A stretch of DNA of 60,187 nt, taken from NCBI GenBank assembly GCA_018813905.1, contig JAHJAO010000005.1:1-60187 (forward strand), given 5' to 3'. Shown piece after piece: positions 16,030-25,638 of the stretch (positions are counted from its first letter, which is position 1; each line of letters starts with the position of its first letter). Origin of the DNA: Candidatus Omnitrophota bacterium (GTDB taxonomy: Bacteria; Omnitrophota; Gorgyraeia; B26-G9). The notes beneath the pieces were generated by a model. The model was not told where the DNA came from and did no database searches. It saw only the letters and a list, made by a program, of their open reading frames with translations. A program made the translations under genes and the position numbers.

Positions 16030-17169
16030 ATGGCAAATGAACTGTTGTCGGTTTTGGATTATATTGAAAGAGAAAAGGGCATAGATAAGCGTGTGATCAT
16101 CTCCGCGATTGAATCCGCTTTGCTTTCGGCGGCCCGTAAACGTTTTGGGGAAACCGCAGAGTTAAGCGTGTCTATCGATGAAAAAACCGGGCAGATAAAG
16201 GTTAAAAAGAACAATGAAGTTGTTAAATCCGACGAATTTGGCCGAATCGCTGCTCAGACCGCCCGGCAGATAATCACCCAGAAAATCCGCGAAGCGGAAC
16301 GGGAAGTCGTATATAATGATTACAAGACGAAGATCGGCGATATAACGAACGGGATAGTGCATCGGTTTGAACAGGGCAATATTATCGTAGATTTGGGAAA
16401 GACAGAAGGAGTTTTGTCTTTCAAGGATACTCTGCCTAAAGAGGAATTTAGACAGGGTAGCCGTGTCCGGGCACTGATTTTAGACGTGAGAAAAACAAAC
16501 AAGGGGCCGCAGATTATTCTTTCCCGTACCCATGCCGGTTTTGTCAAGCGCCTATTTGAATTGGAAGTGCCGGAAATTTATGAAGGGATCGTAGAGATAA
16601 AATCTATATCCCGTCAGCCGGGGGAAAGGACTAAGGTCGCGGTTTGTTCCAAAGATGAAAAAATTGATAGTGTGGGCGCCTGTGTCGGCGTGCGCGGCTC
16701 AAGAATTAAGAATATCGTTCGGGAACTGCACGGGGAAAAGGTGGATATTGTGCGTTGGCAGGAAGACGTTAAAGAATACGTTAAAGCGGCGCTTAGTCCG
16801 GCAAAAATATCAAAGATAAATCTTGATTCCGAAAATAAAAAAATGGACATCGTGGCCGATGAGGACCAGCTTTCTTTGGCAATCGGCAAACACGGCCAGA
16901 ATGTCCGTTTGGCTTCAAAGCTTATCGGTTGGTCGATTAATATCGTGGGCAAAGAGCAGTTAAAAGAAGCTAAAGAGAAAGCGAAAACGCAAATATTTGA
17001 GCAATTGGAAGGGGTCGGCGAAAAAACGCAGGAAGCGCTGGCTGCGGCCGGCTTTGAGACCAAAGAAGCTTTAATGAATGCTGCGGTTGAAGATTTAGTG
17101 AAAGTTAAAGGCATCGGTAAAAAACGGGCAAAACAAATTGTCGAACAGATAAAGAAGATAACCGGATAA
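16030..17169 (+). CDS. nusA: Transcription termination/antitermination factor NusA
   Basis: The N-terminus MANELLSVLDYIEREKGIDK is canonical, and S1, KH1/KH2 and C-terminal HhH (…VKGIGKKRAKQIV…) regions are present. The GTG 15964 start in the track would include the terminator T tract, so ATG 16030 is preferred. Confidence 0.93.
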   Translation: MANELLSVLDYIEREKGIDKRVIISAIESALLSAARKRFGETAELSVSIDEKTGQIKVKKNNEVVKSDEFGRIAAQTARQIITQKIREAEREVVYNDYKTKIGDITNGIVHRFEQGNIIVDLGKTEGVLSFKDTLPKEEFRQGSRVRALILDVRKTNKGPQIILSRTHAGFVKRLFELEVPEIYEGIVEIKSISRQPGERTKVAVCSKDEKIDSVGACVGVRGSRIKNIVRELHGEKVDIVRWQEDVKEYVKAALSPAKISKINLDSENKKMDIVADEDQLSLAIGKHGQNVRLASKLIGWSINIVGKEQLKEAKEKAKTQIFEQLEGVGEKTQEALAAAGFETKEALMNAAVEDLVKVKGIGKKRAKQIVEQIKKITG

Positions 17170-17176
17170 GGCATTT

Positions 17177-19138
17177 ATGGGAGTGCGTGTTTACGAATTA
17201 GCTAAGGAACTGGGCTGCAGTTCCCGGGAGCTTGTCCAGAGATTGCAGGAGCGGCATATCCTGGTTAAAGGACATATGAGCGCATTGGATGAGGAAACAG
17301 CCGAAATTATCCGGCATGAATTCGCAGCAAAAAAGGGCAAAGCGACTAAAACCAAATCCCACAAAGAGCAGAAACCACCGTTAAAAAAGATCAGCATCGC
17401 TTTTCCCTTCAATGTCCGGGAACTTGCGGCCAAACTCAAAATCGGACCTGCAGACTTAATCGCGAAGCTTGCGCACATGAAGGTAATGGCGGGGTTAAAT
17501 GAGATTCTGGAGTTTGAAACCGCAAGGTGTGTAGGGATAGAATTCGGTTTTGATGTCGAAAAAGAATTGACGGACGAAGATGTTTTACTCGCAAAACATA
17601 GAGGAGAAGATGATAAGGCGGGCAAAGAACATCGTCCGCCGGTCGTGACGCTGATGGGGCATGTGGATCATGGCAAGACCTCACTCCTTGATGTCATTCG
17701 CAAATCGAATATTACGGTAAAGGAATCGGGCGGCATAACGCAACATATCGGTGCTTATCAGGTGGATACCGATAGGGGTAAAGTGGTATTCTTAGATACG
17801 CCCGGCCATGAAGCGTTTACTTCGATGCGGGCAAGGGGAGCAAATATAACGGATATCGTTATTATCGTAATTGCCGCTGATGACGGCGTAATGCCGCAGA
17901 CGGTTGAGGCAATAAATCACGCCAAGGATGCGCGCGTGCCCATTGTTGTGGCTATTAACAAAATTGATTTGCCGGGCGCGGATATAGATAAGGTTAACAG
18001 GCAATTGGCCGAACTTGAACTTACGCCGGAAGATTGGGGAGGCAAGACAATTACCGTTAAGGTTTCGGCAAAGGAAAAAAAGGGGATTGACCAGTTACTA
18101 GAAATGATATTGTTGGAGGCGGAATTGCTCGAACTTAAGGCCAATCCCAAAAGCCCTGCCCGGGGAATGGTTATTGAAAGCAAGCTGTCCAAAGGAAGTG
18201 GGCCGACCGCAACGATGCTTGTACAAAACGGGACATTACATATCCAGGATGTGCTTGTTTGCGGCAAAACGTACGGCAAAATCCGTGCCATGGCCAACGA
18301 TTGGGGGGAAAGGATACAGGATGCCGGGCCTTCTATTCCGGTAGAAGTGTATGGTTTGTCGGAAGTGCCGCAGGTCGGAGACGCTTTTTATGTCGTAGCC
18401 GATGAGAAAAAAGCGAAAGAGTTATGCGCAAAAAAGAGCGAGGAATTAAGGCAGAAACGCCTTGTGCCCGCTCAACGCATGAGCCTGGAGCAGATTTTTC
18501 AAAAAGCAAAGGAAGGCGAATTAAAAGATTTAAAGCTGATAATTAAAACGGATGTGCAGGGCTCGCTTGAGGCTTTAACTACCTCGCTTGAGCAATTGAA
18601 CACAAAAGATATCGCCGTAAAAATAATTCATGCGCAAGTAGGCAATGTTAGTGAGTCTGATGTAATGCTGGCCGTTGCCAGTAACGCGGTAATTATTGGT
18701 TTTCATGTGGGCGTAGAGGCAAAGGTTAAAGAAATCGCGGAACAGAAACAGATTGATGTGCGACTTTACCGAATTATATATGAGGTAATAAATGATGTGC
18801 GCCTGAGCATGGAGGGATTGCTTGAACCGACGATTAAAGAAATATTTATAGGCAAGGGAAAAGTTTTGCAGATGTTTAATATTTCCGGGTTCGGCGCCAT
18901 CGCCGGCTGTGTTTTGATAAAGGGAAAATTTTTGCGCACGGCAGATTTAGTTCGGCTATTCCGGAATGAACAGCGTATTTACGAAGGCAAATTCAGTTCT
19001 TTAAAAAGATACAAGGATGATGTAAAAGAAGTAGGTGAAGGATTAGAATGCGGTATTGCTTTAGATAAGTTTTCGAATATTGAATCAAATGATATCATAG
19101 AATGTTACCGGATAGAAAAAGTAGCGCGTAAGTTATAA
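17177..19138 (+). CDS. infB: Translation initiation factor IF-2
   Basis: The G domain has [20 protein letters not shown] and NKID. The C-terminal IF-2 domains are present, and it follows nusA. Confidence 0.95.
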   Translation: MGVRVYELAKELGCSSRELVQRLQERHILVKGHMSALDEETAEIIRHEFAAKKGKATKTKSHKEQKPPLKKISIAFPFNVRELAAKLKIGPADLIAKLAHMKVMAGLNEILEFETARCVGIEFGFDVEKELTDEDVLLAKHRGEDDKAGKEHRPPVVTLMGHVDHGKTSLLDVIRKSNITVKESGGITQHIGAYQVDTDRGKVVFLDTPGHEAFTSMRARGANITDIVIIVIAADDGVMPQTVEAINHAKDARVPIVVAINKIDLPGADIDKVNRQLAELELTPEDWGGKTITVKVSAKEKKGIDQLLEMILLEAELLELKANPKSPARGMVIESKLSKGSGPTATMLVQNGTLHIQDVLVCGKTYGKIRAMANDWGERIQDAGPSIPVEVYGLSEVPQVGDAFYVVADEKKAKELCAKKSEELRQKRLVPAQRMSLEQIFQKAKEGELKDLKLIIKTDVQGSLEALTTSLEQLNTKDIAVKIIHAQVGNVSESDVMLAVASNAVIIGFHVGVEAKVKEIAEQKQIDVRLYRIIYEVINDVRLSMEGLLEPTIKEIFIGKGKVLQMFNISGFGAIAGCVLIKGKFLRTADLVRLFRNEQRIYEGKFSSLKRYKDDVKEVGEGLECGIALDKFSNIESNDIIECYRIEKVARKL

Positions 19139-19142
19139 GGCC

Positions 19143-20126
19143 ATGAAGAAGCGAATATTGAGCGGAATGCGGCCGACAGGAAAACTGCATTTGGGGCATC
19201 TGGTAGGTGCTTTAAAGAATTGGAGCCAATTGCAGGATAAATTCGATTGTTTTTTTATGGTTGCCGACTGGCATGCGTTGATGAGCGAGTATGAAAACAC
19301 AGCGTCCTTAAACGCGTATATCCTGGATAATGTTATTGATTGGTTGGCCTGCGGCATCGACCCGGAGAAGTCGGTTTTATTTATCCAGTCCCAAATCCCC
19401 GAACATCTGGAATTAGCTATGATTTTTTCCTGCGTTACACCTCTGGGCTGGCTTGAACGCTGTCCTACTTATAAAGAACAGCTGCGCGAGCTAAGAACAC
19501 GCCAGATTAATACCTATGCCTTTTTAGGCTATCCGGTCTTGCAGGCGGCAGATATTTTGTTATACCGCTCCGAAGTTGTCCCGGTAGGAGAAGACCAGTT
19601 GCCGCATCTGGAGTTGACCCGGGAAATTGCTAAGCGTTTCAACCATATTTTTAAAAAAAAGATTTTCGGCCAGCCTCAGGCGGAACTTACTAAAGTACCC
19701 CGGCTTTTGGGTCTTGACGGCCGAAAAATGTCTAAAAGTTACGATAATTTTATTGCCTTAAGCGATGATGAAAATGCCGTCAAAAAGAAGGCAATGAGTA
19801 TGTTTACTGATCCGAAAAGACTTAAGCGGACTGACCCCGGTCATCCTGAAGTTTGCAATGTTTACGAATATTACGGTGTTTTCTCGGATAAAATGTTATT
19901 GCCGAAAATCAATTCTGAATGCAAAAAGGCCCAGCGCGGTTGTACGGATTGCAAAATGCAGCTGGGGCAGCTGTTATGCGAATACTTAGAACCTATCTGG
20001 GCAAAACGGACAGAATTTTTGAAAGATAAAAACCGTACCCTTGATATTTTGGCCCAAGGGAAAAGAAAAGCGCAAAAAATCGCACAAGCGACCATGGACG
20101 AGGTAAGGGAGAGTGTCGGGCTATGA
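19143..20126 (+). CDS. trpS: Tryptophan-tRNA ligase
   Basis: A class I synthetase with the HIGH-type motif (GKLHLGHLVG) and KMSKS. Its 327 aa length is typical of TrpS. Confidence 0.92.
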   Translation: MKKRILSGMRPTGKLHLGHLVGALKNWSQLQDKFDCFFMVADWHALMSEYENTASLNAYILDNVIDWLACGIDPEKSVLFIQSQIPEHLELAMIFSCVTPLGWLERCPTYKEQLRELRTRQINTYAFLGYPVLQAADILLYRSEVVPVGEDQLPHLELTREIAKRFNHIFKKKIFGQPQAELTKVPRLLGLDGRKMSKSYDNFIALSDDENAVKKKAMSMFTDPKRLKRTDPGHPEVCNVYEYYGVFSDKMLLPKINSECKKAQRGCTDCKMQLGQLLCEYLEPIWAKRTEFLKDKNRTLDILAQGKRKAQKIAQATMDEVRESVGL

Positions 20127-20869
20127 GTTATAAGATCAAACTGGAAGTTTTTGAAGGCCCTTTGGATTTATTGCTGTATCTGATAAAAAAGGCGCATATT
20201 AATATTTATGACATTCCCGTCGCTCAGATCACCGAGCAGTATTTGCAATACATGGAATTGATGCGGATGTTAGACCTCAATATCGCCGGCGAATTTTTGG
20301 TGATGGCGGCAACGTTGATGCATATAAAATCAAAGATGCTGCTGCCGCCGGATGAAAATGAGGCCGAGGAAGCGGAAGAGGAAGATCCCAGATCCGAGCT
20401 TGTCCGTAAACTTTTAGAATATAAAAAATTTAAGGAGGCGGCGGGGTACTTGGGAGATTGCGAGGAGATGCAAAGAAGTATTTTTCGCCGTGAGAGCGTC
20501 CCCGCGGATATCGAAATTGAAGAAGAAGTATTTTTCGAAACAAGCCTGTTCGATCTTATAACCGCTTTCTCTAAAGCGCTCAAAGATGTCCCTAAGGATA
20601 TCTTCCGGGAAATTATAAAGGATGAATTTACGGTCGAGGGAAAAATCCACGATTTACTGCATATTTTGGTAAAGGAGAAGAAATTATCGTTAACAAAATT
20701 GTTTGAACGGTCAAAAAATAAATATGAAATCATCGCTACTTTTTTGGCGGTGTTAGAACTTATTAGACAGAAAGAAATTGTAGTGGCGCAGAAAGGTTTA
20801 TTTGGGGAAATTTTTGTTTTTCTTAATCAAGAACGGATTTTGCCCAAACTGCATGCAAGCCTTATTTGA
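20123..20869 (+). CDS. scpA: Segregation and condensation protein A
   Basis: FEGPLDLLLYLIKK…ITEQYLQYM is the N-terminal signature of ScpA. An ATGA overlap joins it to trpS. Confidence 0.9.
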   Translation: MSYKIKLEVFEGPLDLLLYLIKKAHINIYDIPVAQITEQYLQYMELMRMLDLNIAGEFLVMAATLMHIKSKMLLPPDENEAEEAEEEDPRSELVRKLLEYKKFKEAAGYLGDCEEMQRSIFRRESVPADIEIEEEVFFETSLFDLITAFSKALKDVPKDIFREIIKDEFTVEGKIHDLLHILVKEKKLSLTKLFERSKNKYEIIATFLAVLELIRQKEIVVAQKGLFGEIFVFLNQERILPKLHASLI

Positions 20870-21564
20870 AGTTTGAAGCGCTGAAAGAAAGGCAAGGGAA
20901 GGGTCAAGCGGATATGGATGAAAATGAGCTAAAAAAACATCTAGAAGCAGTTTTGTTTGTGAGTGATAAGCCTTTAAGCTTAAAACAATTAACGGAAGTA
21001 TTTGAAGGCGCAGATAGTGCGGATATTAAAGAAGCGCTCAAGAAATTAAAAGAGGAGTATAATGAACCAGGACATGGTGTCCAGATCGCCGAGATCGCGG
21101 GCGGATACCAATATTCTACCCATCCGGATTGCGCGGAATATCTGAAAAAATTATATAAAAACCGCCGGGTTTGGCGGTTGTCTTCTCCGGCGCTGGAGAC
21201 GGTAGCAATTATTGCTTATAAACAGCCGATAACCCGGGCGGAAATCGAATTTATCCGCGGCGTAAATGTTGACGGGGTTATCCGGACTTTGCTTGAAAGA
21301 GGTTTAATAAAGATTAAGGGCAAGAAGGATGTGCCTGGCCGGCCGATTCTTTATGGCACGACCGAGGAATTTCTTAAATATTTTGGCTTAAAAAATATTG
21401 GGGAGTTGCCGTTGATTGAAACATTTGTGCCGCAGGCGCTGGAGAGGGGCAGTTTGGAATCTGAAGGTGAAATACCCAAACAACACGAAGAGCAGGACGA
21501 TGTTAAAAATTTAGCAGAGGGGGTCGAACAAGATGACCAAGATGAGTATTCGGAAATTGCGTGA
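20866..21564 (+). CDS. scpB: Segregation and condensation protein B
   Basis: LEAVLFVSDKPLSLKQL… and two winged-helix repeats are present (…YKQPITRAEIEFIRGV…). The true start may be ATG 20914 (MDENELKK…). Confidence 0.88.
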   Translation: MKFEALKERQGKGQADMDENELKKHLEAVLFVSDKPLSLKQLTEVFEGADSADIKEALKKLKEEYNEPGHGVQIAEIAGGYQYSTHPDCAEYLKKLYKNRRVWRLSSPALETVAIIAYKQPITRAEIEFIRGVNVDGVIRTLLERGLIKIKGKKDVPGRPILYGTTEEFLKYFGLKNIGELPLIETFVPQALERGSLESEGEIPKQHEEQDDVKNLAEGVEQDDQDEYSEIA

Positions 21565-22603
21565 CGCGATTGATAAGCTCGACGGGAAGATTATCGCTAC
21601 TTTAAATCGGCGTACAAAATTAGCTATTTCTATCGGTAAGCTGAAAGCAAAGCTGAAAAAGTCGGTTTATATGCCGGACCGGGAGTCACAGATTTATAAG
21701 CATATCAAAAAAGTCAACCGGGGGCCGCTTAATAATGAGACTTTACAGGCGATATACCGGGAAATAATGAGCGGTACTTTAATGCTCCAAAAACCCTTGC
21801 GGGTGGCGTATCTGGGGCCTCGGGCTACTTTTACGCATTTGGCTGCTTTGAAAAAATTCGGTGCACAGGTAGAGCATATTGGGTTACAGAATATAACCGA
21901 TGTTTTCAGTGAAGTTGAACGGGATAACTGTGATTATGGGGTCGTGCCTGTAGAAAATTCGATAGAAGGCGCTGTAAACCATACTCTGGATATGATGGTG
22001 GATTCGGATTTAAAGATATGCGCTGAAGTGCTTTTGGATATTTCGCATAATCTTTTGGCCAACTGCCCCATTAAAAATATCAAGAAAGTTTATAGCAATC
22101 CACAGGTGTTCGGTCAATGCCGGATTTGGCTGGAAACCAATTTGCCCGGTTGCGAGTTGATTGAAGTTTCTAGCACGACCAAGGCGGCGGAGATAGCTGC
22201 CCGCCAGAGATGCGCTGCGGCCCTGGCCAGCAGCCTGGCGGCGCGGATATATAAACTCAAAATGATTGCTTCTTCTATTGAAGACAGTCCGCATAATGTA
22301 ACACGATTTTTAGTTATCGGAAAGAAAGAATCCAACCCTACGGGGCAAGATAAGACGTCGGTTGTGTTTTCCGTAAAAGATCGCGTTGGCGCATTGCACG
22401 ATATGTTGTCTTCTTTTAAGGCGGAAAAAATTAACCTGACTAAAATAGAATCGCGGCCATCGAAAAAGAAAGTCTGGGATTACTATTTCTTCATGGATTT
22501 TGAAGGGCATATTTGCGAGAAGAAAGTGCAAAAGGCCTTAGCGCAGCTTGAGAAAAAATGCCATTTTCTTAAAATCCTGGGTTCGTATCCGCAGTTTTTG
22601 TGA
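21533..22603 (+). CDS. pheA: Bifunctional chorismate mutase/prephenate dehydratase (P-protein)
   Basis: It has an N-terminal CM_2 helix (LRDAIDKLDGKIIATLNRR), a PDT domain (RVAYLGPRATFTH…) and a C-terminal ACT domain (…LTKIESRPSKK…). Confidence 0.92.
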   Translation: MTKMSIRKLRDAIDKLDGKIIATLNRRTKLAISIGKLKAKLKKSVYMPDRESQIYKHIKKVNRGPLNNETLQAIYREIMSGTLMLQKPLRVAYLGPRATFTHLAALKKFGAQVEHIGLQNITDVFSEVERDNCDYGVVPVENSIEGAVNHTLDMMVDSDLKICAEVLLDISHNLLANCPIKNIKKVYSNPQVFGQCRIWLETNLPGCELIEVSSTTKAAEIAARQRCAAALASSLAARIYKLKMIASSIEDSPHNVTRFLVIGKKESNPTGQDKTSVVFSVKDRVGALHDMLSSFKAEKINLTKIESRPSKKKVWDYYFFMDFEGHICEKKVQKALAQLEKKCHFLKILGSYPQFL

Positions 22604-22636
22604 ACGGTTAATATAATAGGCAAGAAGGCTTTTGAT

Positions 22637-23746
22637 ATGAGCGTCAAACAACTAGTAAGAAATTGCGTTTTAAAAATAAAACCGTATAAACCGGGAAAAC
22701 CCATTGAAGAGCTGAAGCGGGAATTTAATCTGCGCGATATCCGCAAAATGGCATCTAACGAAAATGCGCTTGGCGCATCGGCAAAAGCGGTTGCCGCGAT
22801 CAAAAAACACCTTGCCGATATCAACCGTTATCCGGACGGAGAATGCTTTTATTTAAAAAAAGCCTTAGCAAAAAAATACGGATTAAAAGTAGAATCGCTA
22901 ATCATCGGCAATGGTTCGGATGAAATCATCAATTTAGCTGTCCGGGCGTTTATAAATAAAGGGGATGAGGTCGTAATTGCCGAGCCTACTTTTCTTATCT
23001 ACAAGCTGGCGGCAACGTTAGCCGATGCGAAAGTAATCGCTGTCCCGCTTAAAGCTTACCGTTATGATTTGGCAGCAATAAAAAGCAAGATTACGAATCG
23101 GACAAAACTCGTATTTATCGCTAACCCGGATAACCCGACCGGCAGCTATGTGACTAGAGATGAAATTGAGAGCTTTTTAAGAGGGTTGCCGAAACAGGTT
23201 ATTGTGTTTTTTGACGAGGCTTATTATGAATATGTCGAGTCCGAAGACTATCCCAATACCATGAAATACTTAGGCCGGGGGCACATTATTGTCAGCCGCA
23301 GTTTCTCTAAAATCTATGGGATGGCCGGATTAAGAATCGGTTGGGCGACGGCATCGCGGGAGATCATCGAGTATCTTAATTCGGTACGCGAACCTTTCAA
23401 CGTAAATAGACTGGCACAGGTGGCGGCCACTGCGGCGCTTGATGATAAAAAACATGTCGAGCGGAGTAAAAAAATGGTTCGTATCGGCAGGAAGTTTTTA
23501 TGCGAGGAGTTTAATAAATTAAATTTGTTTTATGTAAGAAGCGTGACAAATTTTATTTTGGTTAATTTGGGCGGGAAAGCCGGGTTTATTTATAGCCGGT
23601 TGCTGGGCAAAGGCATAATTGTCCGGGAGATGTCCGATTGGGGATTATCTAATTTTATCCGGGTAACTATCGGGACGATGCCGGAAAATAGGTTGTTTTT
23701 GAAAGAGTTAAAAAAAATCATGTTTGAGTTGAAGAAAGGAGTATAA
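22637..23746 (+). CDS. hisC: Histidinol-phosphate/aromatic aminotransferase (class II PLP)
   Basis: It has the motifs …NENALG…, …NPDNPTG… and SFSKIYGMAGLRIGW (the PLP lysine). It is embedded in an aromatic amino acid gene cluster. Confidence 0.88.
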   Translation: MSVKQLVRNCVLKIKPYKPGKPIEELKREFNLRDIRKMASNENALGASAKAVAAIKKHLADINRYPDGECFYLKKALAKKYGLKVESLIIGNGSDEIINLAVRAFINKGDEVVIAEPTFLIYKLAATLADAKVIAVPLKAYRYDLAAIKSKITNRTKLVFIANPDNPTGSYVTRDEIESFLRGLPKQVIVFFDEAYYEYVESEDYPNTMKYLGRGHIIVSRSFSKIYGMAGLRIGWATASREIIEYLNSVREPFNVNRLAQVAATAALDDKKHVERSKKMVRIGRKFLCEEFNKLNLFYVRSVTNFILVNLGGKAGFIYSRLLGKGIIVREMSDWGLSNFIRVTIGTMPENRLFLKELKKIMFELKKGV

Positions 23747-23749
23747 GCG

Positions 23750-24763
23750 GTGATTATAGTTTTAAAACCCGCAATCACACCGCAAGAAAAAGAGAAAATA
23801 CTTGAGAAAATAAAATCGCTGGGTTTAAACACCATGATTTCGCAGGGGGTGGAGAGGACAATTATCGGTGTTATCGGCGAGGAAGACCTGTTGCGCGTAC
23901 AGCCCCTGGAAGCTTTCCCGGGCGTGGAAAAAGTTATATCGGTTTTGGCGCCGTATAAACTTGTATCGCGGGAATTCAAACCGGAAAACAGTAAAATTAA
24001 AGTTGGCAATGTAGAAATCGGCGCAGATAAGATTGTCGTTATGGCCGGCCCGTGCGCCATAGAAAGCCGGGAAGCATTGCGCGAGATTGCCGAATTGGTT
24101 AAAAGATGCGGAGCGGTAATTCTGCGCGGCGGCGCTTTTAAACCGCGTACTTCTCCCTACACTTTTCAAGGGTTAGGCGAAGAGGGGTTGAAGATTATGA
24201 AAGAGGTAAGCGGAACTTTGGGGTTGTTAACTGTGACCGAAGTTATGGATCCCCGCGACGTGGAACTCGTGATAAAGTATGTAGACATCATGCAGATCGG
24301 TGCCCGGAATATGCAGAATTTTAATCTATTGAAAGAGGTAGGCAAGACAAATAAACCGGTGTTGTTGAAAAGAGGCATGATGTCCACGATAAAAGAATTA
24401 TTGATGAGCGCGGAATATATCTTAAGCGAAGGCAATTTTAATGTGATCCTCTGCGAACGCGGTATCCGCACATTCGAAGATTATACGCGTAATACCCTGG
24501 ATATCGCCGCTGTTCCGATTATAAAACAATTGAGCCATTTGCCGATTATTGTTGACCCCAGCCATGCTACGGGTAAATGGGGGCTGGTGGGTTCGGTGAG
24601 CAAAGCGGCAATCGCCGCCGGCGCAGACGGATTATTAGTCGAGGTTCATACTCATCCTGAACAGGCAGTTTCCGACGGAATCCAGTCGTTAAATTCGGAC
24701 AATTTCCAAAAGATGATGAAAGAGATCAGTGTTGTCGCCAAAGCAGTCGGGAGAAAAATATAA
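23750..24763 (+). CDS. aroF: 3-deoxy-7-phosphoheptulonate (DAHP) synthase, type I-beta, with an N-terminal regulatory domain
   Basis: GTG start. An N-terminal ferredoxin-like domain of about 65 aa precedes a KdsA/DAHPS TIM barrel (…MAGPCAIES…, …LRGGAFKPRTSPY…, …VDPSHATG…). Confidence 0.85.
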   Translation: MIIVLKPAITPQEKEKILEKIKSLGLNTMISQGVERTIIGVIGEEDLLRVQPLEAFPGVEKVISVLAPYKLVSREFKPENSKIKVGNVEIGADKIVVMAGPCAIESREALREIAELVKRCGAVILRGGAFKPRTSPYTFQGLGEEGLKIMKEVSGTLGLLTVTEVMDPRDVELVIKYVDIMQIGARNMQNFNLLKEVGKTNKPVLLKRGMMSTIKELLMSAEYILSEGNFNVILCERGIRTFEDYTRNTLDIAAVPIIKQLSHLPIIVDPSHATGKWGLVGSVSKAAIAAGADGLLVEVHTHPEQAVSDGIQSLNSDNFQKMMKEISVVAKAVGRKI

Positions 24764-24765
24764 GG

Positions 24766-25611
24766 ATGAAATTAAAATTTAATAAGGCAGTTATTGTTGG
24801 CCCCGGGTTGATTGGCGGGTCCATTGGCATGATTTTGCGCCAAAAAAAAATTGCCGCATCAGTCGTTGGGATTGCCAGAAAAGATAAGACTTTAACCGTG
24901 GCGCGCCGCCGCGGATTGATAGACTATGGCACCAAAGACGTAAAGCGAGCAATCCGGGGAGCGGATTTAATCGTCCTGGCCTTGCCGGTAGATGCGATAA
25001 AGAAAACGATCAAACTGATCGGCAGATATGTGCAATCCGGCTGTTTGATTTTTGATGTGGGCAGCACAAAGAGAGAAATTCTTAAGGCCGCGGCTAAGAT
25101 GCTGCCGAAAAAAGTGTATTTTGTGGGCACGCATCCCATGGCTGGTTCGGAAAAATCCGGGCCCGCGCACGCAAACAGCGGCATATTTAAAAAATCATTA
25201 TGTTTTGTTGTAATGTCTGATACGACAAATCGTTGCGCATTGAAAAAAGTTGTTAAACTTTGGAAGTTTTTCGGCGCCAGGGTCGAGTTGATTTCTGCAG
25301 CAAAACACGACCGAATTGTCGCTCAAATGAGCCATCTGCCGCATCTGATCAGCGCGGCTTTGGTTGAGTCGGTTGAAAAGAAAAATTTAAAGTTTGCGGC
25401 AACCGGCTTCAAGGATACTACCCGGATCGCCGCGGCCGATTCTGTTATGTGGCAGAGTATTTTTTTCAGCAACAGAAAAGAGATTTTGGGGGCGATAAAG
25501 ATTTTTGAAAGCCGCTTAAAGAAATTCAAAAACGATTTAGAACAGAACCGGATTAGGAATTTTAAAAAGCAGCTTGAGCGCGCCAGGGGCAAAAGAGAGA
25601 CTGTCGTTTAA
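24766..25611 (+). CDS. tyrA: Prephenate dehydrogenase
   Basis: It has a Rossmann motif (VGPGLIGGSIG), GTHPMAGSEKSG and …SHLPHLIS…, all typical of TyrA. Confidence 0.88.
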   Translation: MKLKFNKAVIVGPGLIGGSIGMILRQKKIAASVVGIARKDKTLTVARRRGLIDYGTKDVKRAIRGADLIVLALPVDAIKKTIKLIGRYVQSGCLIFDVGSTKREILKAAAKMLPKKVYFVGTHPMAGSEKSGPAHANSGIFKKSLCFVVMSDTTNRCALKKVVKLWKFFGARVELISAAKHDRIVAQMSHLPHLISAALVESVEKKNLKFAATGFKDTTRIAAADSVMWQSIFFSNRKEILGAIKIFESRLKKFKNDLEQNRIRNFKKQLERARGKRETVV

Positions 25612-25638
25612 ACACTTCCATCCTTAAAGCACATAAAT

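Noticed and set aside
16614-17174. Long minus-strand ORFs. Examples are 16614-17174 (186 aa), 10574-11146 (190 aa), 20224-20733 (169 aa), 23590-24060 (156 aa) and 3594-4040 (148 aa).
   Set aside because: Each lies fully antisense to a plus-strand gene with strong family motifs (nusA, GGDEF, scpA, hisC/DAHPS, the giant protein). Their translations are Ser/Pro/Cys-rich shadow sequences with no recognisable motifs or RBS.
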